This document shows positions 8,886-15,677 of a stretch of 54,329 bases of DNA, piece by piece. How positions within the stretch are numbered: position 1 is the first letter of the stretch; each line of letters begins with the position of its first letter. Origin of the DNA: Clostridia bacterium (GTDB lineage: Bacteria; Bacillota; Clostridia; Oscillospirales; CAG-272); assembly GCA_017482465.1 (NCBI GenBank), contig JAFUMW010000063.1:1-54329 (forward strand). The letters run 5' to 3'. Position numbers and translations under genes: made by a program. The notes beneath the pieces are model-generated. The model saw only the letters and a program-made list of their open reading frames with translations. It did not search any database and had not been told where the DNA came from.

Positions 8886-9061
8886 GGTGGTATCAGTAGG
8901 AAGTAGCACTTTATGTGACCAAACCGAATACCCACGCAAGGAACGGCTATCCCAGCCGTAAAAGGCGAAACAGGTTTGCCGATGCAGTCTACTCAACCAA
9001 CGGTAGTAGGTACTGCTATACACGGTATTCAAAATTTATTTTAATCAGAAAGAGGTGCTCA
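8886..9061 (+). ncRNA. DGR RNA spacer region between TR and RT (putative priming/structural part of the template RNA)
   Basis: 176-nt non-coding gap in the canonical TR-RT position. Adjacent hairpins acggct-atccc-agccgt (8943-8959) and ggcgaa-acagg-tttgcc (8964-8980). Confidence 0.45.
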
Positions 9062-10165
9062 ATGAATACTACTAATGCACCTGCTGTCAAGGAGATGGCT
9101 TGTGACTTTGAAAATTTGTATAACGCAATGAATGTTTGTAAATCAAGTGTTATGTGGAAAGATAGTGTCGCAGGCTGGGTAAAGAACGGAATCGTAAACT
9201 GTGCAAAACTTGAAGAGCAGTTAATGAATGGCACTTATGACCTCGAAGAATATTCTCGGTTCACAATCTACGAACCCAAGAAAAGAGATATCGTAAGTAC
9301 ACGATTCAAGGATAGAGTGTTCCAAAGAAGTCTTTGCGACACATACTTGACAGAACAAATCACTAAATCCTTTATCTACGATAATGGTGCTTGCCTTGAA
9401 AATAAGGGCACAGAGTTTGCACGGCGTCGGCTCGTGGCTCACATTCAACGCTTTTACCGCAAGCACGGTCGTAGTGGTTATGTCTTGAAATGCGACATAA
9501 CTAACTACTTTGGCTCCACTCCACATAGTGTAGTCAAAGAAAAGATGCGAAAGTTATGTGATGACGATTGGGCTTACTCTGAAGTCTGTCGAATTGTTGA
9601 TAGCTTTAGCACGGAAGAAAGCCCGGGTGTTGGTATGGGACTTGGCTCTCAGGCAACACAGCTTTGTCAACTGGCTGTATTGAACGATATCGACCACGGG
9701 ATTAAAGAGCGTAAACGAATTAAACACTATGTCAGATATATGGACGACCTTATACTTATTCACGAAAGTAAGGATACCTTAAAGGATTGTTTGAAATATA
9801 TCGAAGACGAACTTAACAAAATGGGATTGAAACTGAGTGCGAAGAAAACACAGATATTTCCCATAACACAACCAATTCACTTTCTTGGATATTCATTCAG
9901 ACTTACCGAGACTGGTAAGGTTGTAAAGAAAGTTCTTCCAAAGAAAGTAACTCACGAGCGTCGCAAATTAAAGCGTATGAGAAAGTTGGTTGATGAGGGT
10001 CTGATGACTCGTGAAAAGTTAGACCAGTGTTTCGAGTCGTGGTTAGCTCACGCTTCGGCAGAACCGTCTGCCGGAAGAAAAGGTACTCCGTTCTTAAGTA
10101 GGACGGATGATTACTTTATGATTGAAAATATGAAACGATTTTATAAATCTTTATGGGAGGTTTAG
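9062..10165 (+). CDS. DGR reverse transcriptase
   Basis: ATG at 9062 after aaagaggtg. RT motifs present: KKRDIVSTRFKDRVFQRSL, LKCDITNYFGSTPH, GMGLGSQATQL (DGR-type GxxxSQ), YVRYMDDLILI (YMDD), FLGYSF. The ORF-track start at 8915 is an upstream extension through the spacer. Confidence 0.9.
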   Translation: MNTTNAPAVKEMACDFENLYNAMNVCKSSVMWKDSVAGWVKNGIVNCAKLEEQLMNGTYDLEEYSRFTIYEPKKRDIVSTRFKDRVFQRSLCDTYLTEQITKSFIYDNGACLENKGTEFARRRLVAHIQRFYRKHGRSGYVLKCDITNYFGSTPHSVVKEKMRKLCDDDWAYSEVCRIVDSFSTEESPGVGMGLGSQATQLCQLAVLNDIDHGIKERKRIKHYVRYMDDLILIHESKDTLKDCLKYIEDELNKMGLKLSAKKTQIFPITQPIHFLGYSFRLTETGKVVKKVLPKKVTHERRKLKRMRKLVDEGLMTREKLDQCFESWLAHASAEPSAGRKGTPFLSRTDDYFMIENMKRFYKSLWEV

Positions 10166-10166
10166 T

Positions 10167-10340
10167 ATGCAGTATTTATCAATAAAAGACCAGCTCTTGA
10201 TTGAGCGTAAGAAAAATGCTGCCCTCACCGCTGAGGTAGCTAAGAACAAGGCTGATACAGATTATATCGCTATGATGTGTGATGTAGAACTGGAAATGCC
10301 TGAAGACGAAATGATGGACACGGAAGTTGAGGAGGGCTAA
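10167..10340 (+). CDS. small hypothetical phage protein (57 aa, acidic C-terminus)
   Basis: ATG one nt after the RT stop: MQYLSIKDQLLIERKKNAALTAEVAKNKADTDYIAMMCDVELEMPEDEMMDTEVEEG. Below the ORF-track cutoff. Sits in the position usually found before xkdX. Confidence 0.4.
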   Translation: MQYLSIKDQLLIERKKNAALTAEVAKNKADTDYIAMMCDVELEMPEDEMMDTEVEEG

Positions 10341-10345
10341 GATAT

Positions 10346-10492
10346 ATGGAACACAGTGCAAAATTTGAAAAAGTAAAAGATTACTATGACCGCGGCCTTT
10401 GGAACGAAGCTCGTGTCGCAAATGCAGTGGTTAAGGGATGGATTACCGAAGCTGAGTATGAGGAAATCACAGGCATCCCCTATGCTGAATAA
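10346..10492 (+). CDS. xkdX: XkdX family phage protein (48 aa)
   Basis: MEHSAKFEKVKDYYDRGLWNEARVANAVVKGWITEAEYEEITGIPYAE matches the XkdX signature (YY..GLW......V.KGWIT..EY.EITG). Confidence 0.7.
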   Translation: MEHSAKFEKVKDYYDRGLWNEARVANAVVKGWITEAEYEEITGIPYAE

Positions 10493-10507
10493 TAGGAGGT
10501 AGTATTT

Positions 10508-10708
10508 ATGGCGATTGTAAAAAAGACTTATAAGGGTACACCCCTCGACTGTCAGCAGGAGTTTGTCTGCGATACTCGTGCAGATGTAGACAATCTTCCT
10601 ACACAATTTACTGAGAAAGACAAATGCCCTACGGGCTCTACTGCGCTCGTTATTGACGACAGCTCTGTCTGGATGTTGAATAGCGAAGGTGTATGGAAAG
10701 AATTATAA
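10508..10708 (+). CDS. hypothetical phage protein (66 aa)
   Basis: RBS taggaggt, ATG. No family recognised. Confidence 0.4.
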   Translation: MAIVKKTYKGTPLDCQQEFVCDTRADVDNLPTQFTEKDKCPTGSTALVIDDSSVWMLNSEGVWKEL

Positions 10709-10730
10709 TCACCAGAAAGGAGTGACTTGA

Positions 10731-11012
10731 ATGGCTATAAGTGTTGAGACTCTTGCTCTTGCCAAGAAGTATACAGATAAAACTATAGTCTCTAAAGGAG
10801 ACGCGGGTGCTGCTGTTATTCCTGATAACTTCATCGGAGCATCCAAGTTGACTGAAGACTTAAGAAAAGCCATCGATGCCGCTGGTGTACATATTGACGG
10901 TGCCGTTACTTCGGAAGACGGTGCCCACGCATTAAGATATTTTAACAACACCTTGCAGTATTATGATGGCAGTAAATGGGTAACGCTCTCCCTTGCAAAC
11001 CTGTTAATATAA
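10731..11012 (+). CDS. hypothetical phage protein with a fibre-like C-terminal motif (93 aa)
   Basis: RBS aaaggagtga. C-terminus LRYFNNTLQYYDGSKWVTL echoes the LYRYDGTSW motif of the 1-2070 fibre protein. Confidence 0.4.
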   Translation: MAISVETLALAKKYTDKTIVSKGDAGAAVIPDNFIGASKLTEDLRKAIDAAGVHIDGAVTSEDGAHALRYFNNTLQYYDGSKWVTLSLANLLI

Positions 11013-11022
11013 TCAAAAAAAT

Positions 11023-11062
11023 AAAACCGCCGTTGCGAGTTAATCGTGCGGCGGTCTTGTTA
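11023..11062 (+). terminator. intrinsic terminator ending the tail/DGR operon
   Basis: accgccg / cggcggt stem with an inner cga/tcg stem, followed by cttgtt. Confidence 0.5.
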
Positions 11063-11080
11063 TATCGGGAGGTGGCGATT

Positions 11081-11467
11081 TTGGCAAATAAGAAAAAGAA
11101 GAAAGTAAAATTGACTTCTCGTATTGCAAAGTTCTTTAAGAACATAGCGGCAAAACGAGAAAAGGAATATTCCAAAAGACTACTTACTCGAATTGTGAAC
11201 AGTTCGATACTGATGATGTGGGGCACTTATGTTCTCGCTTGGTATGGCAAGACAGAAATTGCGGAAACCCTATCTAAAACAATAGCGGCATCAATTATCG
11301 CTGTTGTAGTTGGATACCTCGCTAAGTCTGTTATCGAGAATATCAGCAAACACACAGATACTTTTGGAAAGAATGACTCGGTTAGCGTAGAGGAAGTAAT
11401 CAGAAAAGCTCAGGAACAAGCTGAGAGCTTTGATGTTCCCTATGTAAATATGAACCGTGATTGTTGA
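11081..11467 (+). CDS. phage membrane protein with two predicted TM helices (holin/antiholin-like, tentative)
   Basis: TTG start 6 nt after GGGAGGTGG. Basic N-terminus, hydrophobic stretches IVNSSILMMWGTYVLAWYG and TIAASIIAVVVGYLA. First gene of the lysis cassette. The ORF-track start at 10976 spans the upstream terminator. Confidence 0.35.
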   Translation: MANKKKKKVKLTSRIAKFFKNIAAKREKEYSKRLLTRIVNSSILMMWGTYVLAWYGKTEIAETLSKTIAASIIAVVVGYLAKSVIENISKHTDTFGKNDSVSVEEVIRKAQEQAESFDVPYVNMNRDC

Positions 11468-11487
11468 AACAAAGGAAGGAGGATTTT

Positions 11488-12195
11488 ATGGCATTAAGAG
11501 GAACAACTGTTGAGCAAAAGATATGGAACTACTTCAAGGACAGAGGCTTAAATGATTTTGGCTGTGCGGGCTTAATGGGTAATCTCTATGCAGAATCCGC
11601 TTTAAACCCTAAGAACTTACAGAACTCATATGAAAAGAAGTTGAAGTATACAGACGACACATACACACAGGTTGTAGATAATGGCAAGTATAAAAACTTT
11701 GTCAAGGACAGTGCCGGCTATGGTCTCGCACAATGGACTTACTGGAGCAGAAAGCAGGCTTTGTTAGAGTTTGCTAAAGCTATGGGTAAATCTATTGGAG
11801 ACCTTGAGATGCAACTTGACTTCTTGTATCAGGAGTTAAGTACAGGATATAAAAAGGTTTTGAAAACATTAACCAATGCCACATCTGTATTGGATGCTTC
11901 AAACTCTGTATTACTTGAGTTCGAGAGACCAGCCGACCAGAGTAAAGCTATGCAAAAGAAAAGAGCTTCATACGGCGAAGGATATTATGCAAAGTATGCT
12001 ATTAAGGAGGACGAGTCTATGGCAGAAATCAAATTAGATAACACGCCTGATGTTTGGGCTAAAGAAGCTGTTGATTGGGCGGTTAAGAATAAAATTCTCT
12101 TCGGAGATGAAAACGGCAACTACAAACTTCACAGTGCCTGCACCAGACAGGAGATGCTTGTATTTCTTGACAGGGTGTATGGCTTAGTTAAATAA
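11488..12195 (+). CDS. endolysin 1: phage lysozyme-like domain plus a C-terminal SLH-like wall-binding module
   Basis: ATG after aaggaagga. FGCAGLMGNLYAESALNP motif of phage (tail-tip type) lysozymes. C-terminus NTPDVWAKEAVDWAVKNKILFGDENGNYKLHSACTRQEMLVFLDRVY fits the SLH consensus. Confidence 0.65.
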   Translation: MALRGTTVEQKIWNYFKDRGLNDFGCAGLMGNLYAESALNPKNLQNSYEKKLKYTDDTYTQVVDNGKYKNFVKDSAGYGLAQWTYWSRKQALLEFAKAMGKSIGDLEMQLDFLYQELSTGYKKVLKTLTNATSVLDASNSVLLEFERPADQSKAMQKKRASYGEGYYAKYAIKEDESMAEIKLDNTPDVWAKEAVDWAVKNKILFGDENGNYKLHSACTRQEMLVFLDRVYGLVK

Positions 12196-12210
12196 GAGGG
12201 GTGATTTACG

Positions 12211-13206
12211 ATGAGATTGTTTGAAAGTATTTTAACCCTCAACGATTGCTATAAGGCAGGAAGAACTATTGTACCTAAAGGTATTATGGTTCATTCTACT
12301 GGAGCAAACAATCCGTGGCTGAAAAGATATGTACCTGACGACGGTCAGCTTGGATATAACCAGTACAACAACCATTGGAATATGAGTGGCGTCGGTGCCT
12401 GTGTTCACGGATTTATTGGAAAGATGGCTGACGGTACTATTGCTACATATCAGACACTTCCTTGGAACTGGAGAGGCTGGCACTCTGCCTCCGGTAAGAA
12501 AGGTTCCGCAAACAACACCCACATCTCTTTTGAGATTTGTGAGGATGGTCTTACAGATGCTACATATTTCAGAGCGGTGTTTAATGAAGCCGCAGAACTT
12601 TGTGCCTATCTCTGTAAGATGTATAACTTAAATCCATTAACGGATATTATCTGTCATTCTGAGGGACACACAATGGGTATTGCGTCTAACCACGGAGATG
12701 TAATGCACTGGTTCCCTAAACACGGTGAGAATATGGACACATTCAGACAGAAAGTATATGAACTTGTAAATGAAGAGTTTAAATGGAATGAGTCTAAGGT
12801 TGACTATATTGGAACTGTGTCGGTTAAGAATGATGTGCTTAATATCAGAAAACAGCCGAGGGTTGGAGCTACCATTATTGGTAAGCACGCAGACGGCGAC
12901 ACGGTAACTATCTGTGCTAAAACAGACAACGGATGGTACAGAGTTGAGTATCCGACAATCGGTACAGGATACATAAGCTCTGCATATGTGTCTGTGAGCG
13001 ACAGAAAGGCACCTCAGAGCGATGTTAAGCCTGAGGTAATAAAAGATAACACCCCAGACGCTTGGGCGGCTGAGGCGGTAAATAACGCGGTTAAAAACGG
13101 TATTCTCTACGGAGATGATACGGGTAATTACAAATTACATAGTGAGTGTACACGACAGGAAATGTTAATCTTCCTGTACCGTTTTTACAAATCAATCAAA
13201 GGTTAA
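12211..13206 (+). CDS. endolysin 2: N-acetylmuramoyl-L-alanine amidase (Amidase_2/PGRP) + SH3b + SLH-like module
   Basis: IMVHSTGANNPW...WHSASGKKGSANNTHISFEICED amidase core. SH3b-like VLNIRKQPRVGATIIGKHADGDTVTICAKTDNGWYRVEY. C-terminus NTPDAWAAEAVNNAVKNGILYGDDTGNYKLHSECTRQEMLIFLYRFY. Confidence 0.8.
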   Translation: MRLFESILTLNDCYKAGRTIVPKGIMVHSTGANNPWLKRYVPDDGQLGYNQYNNHWNMSGVGACVHGFIGKMADGTIATYQTLPWNWRGWHSASGKKGSANNTHISFEICEDGLTDATYFRAVFNEAAELCAYLCKMYNLNPLTDIICHSEGHTMGIASNHGDVMHWFPKHGENMDTFRQKVYELVNEEFKWNESKVDYIGTVSVKNDVLNIRKQPRVGATIIGKHADGDTVTICAKTDNGWYRVEYPTIGTGYISSAYVSVSDRKAPQSDVKPEVIKDNTPDAWAAEAVNNAVKNGILYGDDTGNYKLHSECTRQEMLIFLYRFYKSIKG

Positions 13207-13229
13207 TAAAGTAACAGGAGGATTTTAAT

Positions 13230-13553
13230 ATGGAATGGCTTAATTATGCAGTTTCTATCTTATCTGGTTTAGCAGTAGCAATCCCGCTTGTTGTTAAGCT
13301 CGTAGAGTATGTAAGCAAGTCAATCAAGGAAAAGAACTGGAGCAAGTTACTTGACCTTGTTATGAAGCTTATGTCTGAAGCTGAAAACAAATTCAAGACC
13401 GGTGCCGAGAAAAAGGAATGGGTTCTTGCTATGGTTAAATCTTCGGCTGATACCATTAACTATGACATCGACATCGATGCTGTTGGTAACTTAATTGACA
13501 GTCTGTGCGATATGGCTAATGTCGTAAACGCACCCGTGCAGGAAAGTAAGTAA
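13230..13553 (+). CDS. holin, LL-H-like family
   Basis: 107 aa with an N-terminal TM (AVSILSGLAVAIPLVVKLV), then ...TGAEKKEWVLAMVKSSADTINYDIDIDAVGNLIDSL, typical of LL-H type holins. RBS caggagga. Confidence 0.6.
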   Translation: MEWLNYAVSILSGLAVAIPLVVKLVEYVSKSIKEKNWSKLLDLVMKLMSEAENKFKTGAEKKEWVLAMVKSSADTINYDIDIDAVGNLIDSLCDMANVVNAPVQESK

Positions 13554-13576
13554 TCTATAAACAGTATTAAAGAAAG

Positions 13577-14200
13577 TTGGTGTTATGTGCTATGGTAAGC
13601 TTTGTAGAGTATTTGAATATCCCTGTAAAGATAGCACTTATCATCATAGGTATATTCTTTGTAATCCAAATCATTGGAGAACTATTAGAGTTTAAAGGAA
13701 AAGTTGTCCCCGAGATTGTAAAGGTTCGCAAATACTTTCAACGCAAAAAGCGTGAAAAGCAAGAAGCGGCACAGACATTAAAAGATGTAAAGGTATTACT
13801 CGCAGATGTTAATGCCCATTACTCAGCAGACAATATCGCTAAGCGTGACAGTTGGATGCAGTGGGTTAATGACAGAGCAGTTACTTATGATACATTCATA
13901 AAAGATATGGGCGAAAAATTCGGAGATGTCGTTAAGGTGTTGGAAGAAATATTCGTTCAGAGTAGCCGTGACCGTATCATTGACTTTGCTACCAAAGTAA
14001 GCGATGAAAAGTCTATGGTTTCGAGAGAAGAGTTCAACAGAATTTTCAAAGTACATAAGAAGTACGAAGACTTCCTTAATGAACGCAATCTTACAAACGG
14101 TGAAGTTGATATCGCATACCGCATCATCACAGATTCATACGAAGGACATATGAGAAATCATACATTCGTTGAGGATGTACGCGGGTACAACGAAGAATAA
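13577..14200 (+). CDS. membrane-anchored protein of unknown function in the moron position (lysis-int gap)
   Basis: N-terminal TM (IPVKIALIIIGIFFVIQIIGELL), then a charged helical ~160-aa domain. TTG start at 13577 or in-frame ATG at 13592; RBS weak. A strong terminator follows. Confidence 0.45.
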   Translation: MVLCAMVSFVEYLNIPVKIALIIIGIFFVIQIIGELLEFKGKVVPEIVKVRKYFQRKKREKQEAAQTLKDVKVLLADVNAHYSADNIAKRDSWMQWVNDRAVTYDTFIKDMGEKFGDVVKVLEEIFVQSSRDRIIDFATKVSDEKSMVSREEFNRIFKVHKKYEDFLNERNLTNGEVDIAYRIITDSYEGHMRNHTFVEDVRGYNEE

Positions 14201-14209
14201 AATAAGAAG

Positions 14210-14245
14210 GGCGAGTTCGTCGTAAGACGGCTCGCCTTTTCTTTC
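14210..14245 (+). terminator. intrinsic terminator after the lysis/moron genes
   Basis: ggcgag(tt)cgtc GTAA gacg(g)ctcgcc followed by ttttctttcc. Confidence 0.65.
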
Positions 14246-14250
14246 CGTTT

Positions 14251-14316
14251 TAACTTGTCATATTTGAATAGTTATAGCACAATACCATACTTAATTTGTC
14301 ATAAATGAATAGTTAT
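14251..14316 (+). repeat. two 25-bp direct repeats upstream of the integrase promoter
   Basis: taacttgtcatatttgaatagttat (14251-14275) and taatttgtcataaatgaatagttat (14292-14316), 22/25 identical, 41-bp period. Confidence 0.5.
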
Positions 14317-14365
14317 GTATTTATGAAATGATGGTTTTATACACACATAAATATCTCCAAAATCA

Positions 14366-14394
14366 TTGACTTGAGTTTTCAAAAGTGATATAAT
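14366..14394 (+). promoter_or_regulatory. sigma-70-type promoter upstream of the integrase
   Basis: TTGACT - 17 nt - TATAAT with TG extension (tgaTATAAT). Confidence 0.5.
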
Positions 14395-14426
14395 ATTCGG
14401 GAGATAAAAATGTAAATAGCAGCATT

Positions 14427-14470
14427 ATCCAATACAGTCCTTCGGGAATTTGTATTGGATATTTTTTTTA
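14427..14470 (+). terminator. terminator-like hairpin inside the integrase leader (possible attenuator)
   Basis: atccaataca...tgtattggat 10-bp stem with an inner tcc-ttcg-gga, followed by attttttttta. Lies between the promoter and the int RBS. Confidence 0.5.
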
Positions 14471-14525
14471 TCCTTAAAGGAGGTGGTGTAAAATTGAATA
14501 CCCGGATGAAAGGAGGTGAAAGATA

Positions 14526-15584
14526 GTGCCGTCTTTCAAGAACAATCAGCGTGGTACTTGGTATTGTAAGTTTTACTACACAGATTGGACTGGGGCTAAG
14601 AAACAAAAGAAAAAGGAAGGCTTCGCCACCAAGAGAGAATCGCAAGAGTGGGAACGCAACTTCCTTAACAGTTGCCGCATTGACTGCGACATTACATTTG
14701 AGAATTTTTGTGAGAAGTATATGGCTCATTGTAAAGCAAGATTAAAGCCTACGACTTACGAGAATAAGATGTACACCATAAGAGATAAGGTTCTCCCGTA
14801 TTTCAGGCATATGAAGCTCAAAGATATAAAACCCAGTACGCTCCGTACTTGGCAAGACTCTTTGATTACACACGAGAAAGGATACACAGAAACCTATCTT
14901 AAGACTATCAACAATCAGATGTCAGCAATCTTAAACTTTGCGGTAAAGAATGATTATATCCCTCATAACCCGATGCACAAATGTGGAAGTATGGGAAAGA
15001 AACACGCAGAGGGATTACAGTTCTGGACTCTGGATGAATTCAAACAATTCTTTGAGTCTGTAAAAGATAAGCCTATGTCAGAAGCCATATTCAATCTGAT
15101 GTTCTATAGTGGAATTCGTGAAGGAGAGTTACTTGCTTTAACATTAAAAGACTTTAACTTTGAAAAGAATACAGTCGATATAAATAAAAGCTATGTACGA
15201 TTCGATGGAAAGGATTTAATACAAACTCCAAAGACTCCTAAGAGCAAGAGAGTCATCACATTGCCTATACAGACAATGGAGATAATAAAAAATTATGCAG
15301 GCAAACTATACAGCTATCGTCCTACCGATAGGTTGTTTACCTGCACTAAAAGCTATTTATCTCACGAGATGATTCGTGGTTGTAGATTGTCGGGTGTGAA
15401 GAAGATTAGAGTTCACGACATCAGACATTCTCACGCTTCGCTTCTTATCGAACTCGGTTTCCAACCTCTGTTGGTATCAGAGCGTTTGGGACACGAGAAC
15501 ATCGAAACCACTTTGCAAACTTACTCACACTTGTATCCAAACAAGCAACAGGAAGTCGCTGATAAACTCAGTGAGATAGCTTAA
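14526..15584 (+). CDS. int: tyrosine recombinase / phage integrase
   Basis: GTG start 9 nt after GGAGG. N-terminal arm-binding-type domain (GTWYCKFYYTDWTGAKKQKKKEGFATKRE). Catalytic signature GIREGELLAL, HDIRHSHASLL, LGHENIETTLQTYSHLY. Confidence 0.9.
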   Translation: MPSFKNNQRGTWYCKFYYTDWTGAKKQKKKEGFATKRESQEWERNFLNSCRIDCDITFENFCEKYMAHCKARLKPTTYENKMYTIRDKVLPYFRHMKLKDIKPSTLRTWQDSLITHEKGYTETYLKTINNQMSAILNFAVKNDYIPHNPMHKCGSMGKKHAEGLQFWTLDEFKQFFESVKDKPMSEAIFNLMFYSGIREGELLALTLKDFNFEKNTVDINKSYVRFDGKDLIQTPKTPKSKRVITLPIQTMEIIKNYAGKLYSYRPTDRLFTCTKSYLSHEMIRGCRLSGVKKIRVHDIRHSHASLLIELGFQPLLVSERLGHENIETTLQTYSHLYPNKQQEVADKLSEIA

Positions 15585-15629
15585 GGGAGCTCGATATTAG
15601 TACGCTTTTAGTACTCACGACTCTCTCAA

Positions 15630-15677
15630 ATCCCCGGGAAGCCCGTAGTTAAGCGGTTTCTACGGGGATTGCTTTTT
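15630..15677 (+). terminator. hairpin plus T-run between the integrase and the guaA stop codon
   Basis: cccgtag/ctacggg (alternative atcccc/ggggat) then gcttttt. The T-run overlaps the guaA stop on the other strand. Confidence 0.4.

Larger units (their letters stand above)
1..15675. mobile_element. integrated prophage, right-hand portion (left end outside the window), inserted at the 3' end of guaA
   Basis: Contiguous tail, DGR, xkdX, lysis and integrase genes. Composition is visibly more AT-rich than downstream host DNA. The integrase ends 91 bp from the guaA stop. The exact att core is not determinable without the other end. Confidence 0.8.

Noticed and set aside
8767-8961. 64-aa Asn-rich ORF (MPQWLRTPNSTNGNNVRNVNPTGNLNNNNANN...)
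   Set aside because: This is the DGR template repeat read in the VR frame. It has no RBS, it is a near-copy of the target gene's 3' end, and its Asn richness reflects the AAY design of TRs, not a real protein.
8915-9061. N-terminal 49-aa extension of the RT ORF
   Set aside because: It has no ribosome-binding site and its composition is low-complexity basic. A good RBS (aaagaggtg) precedes the ATG at 9062, where RT homology begins.
10976-11080. Upstream extension of the 2-TM lysis-cassette ORF
   Set aside because: It would read through the 11023-11062 terminator and overlap the previous gene. A TTG with a strong GGGAGGTGG RBS sits at 11081.
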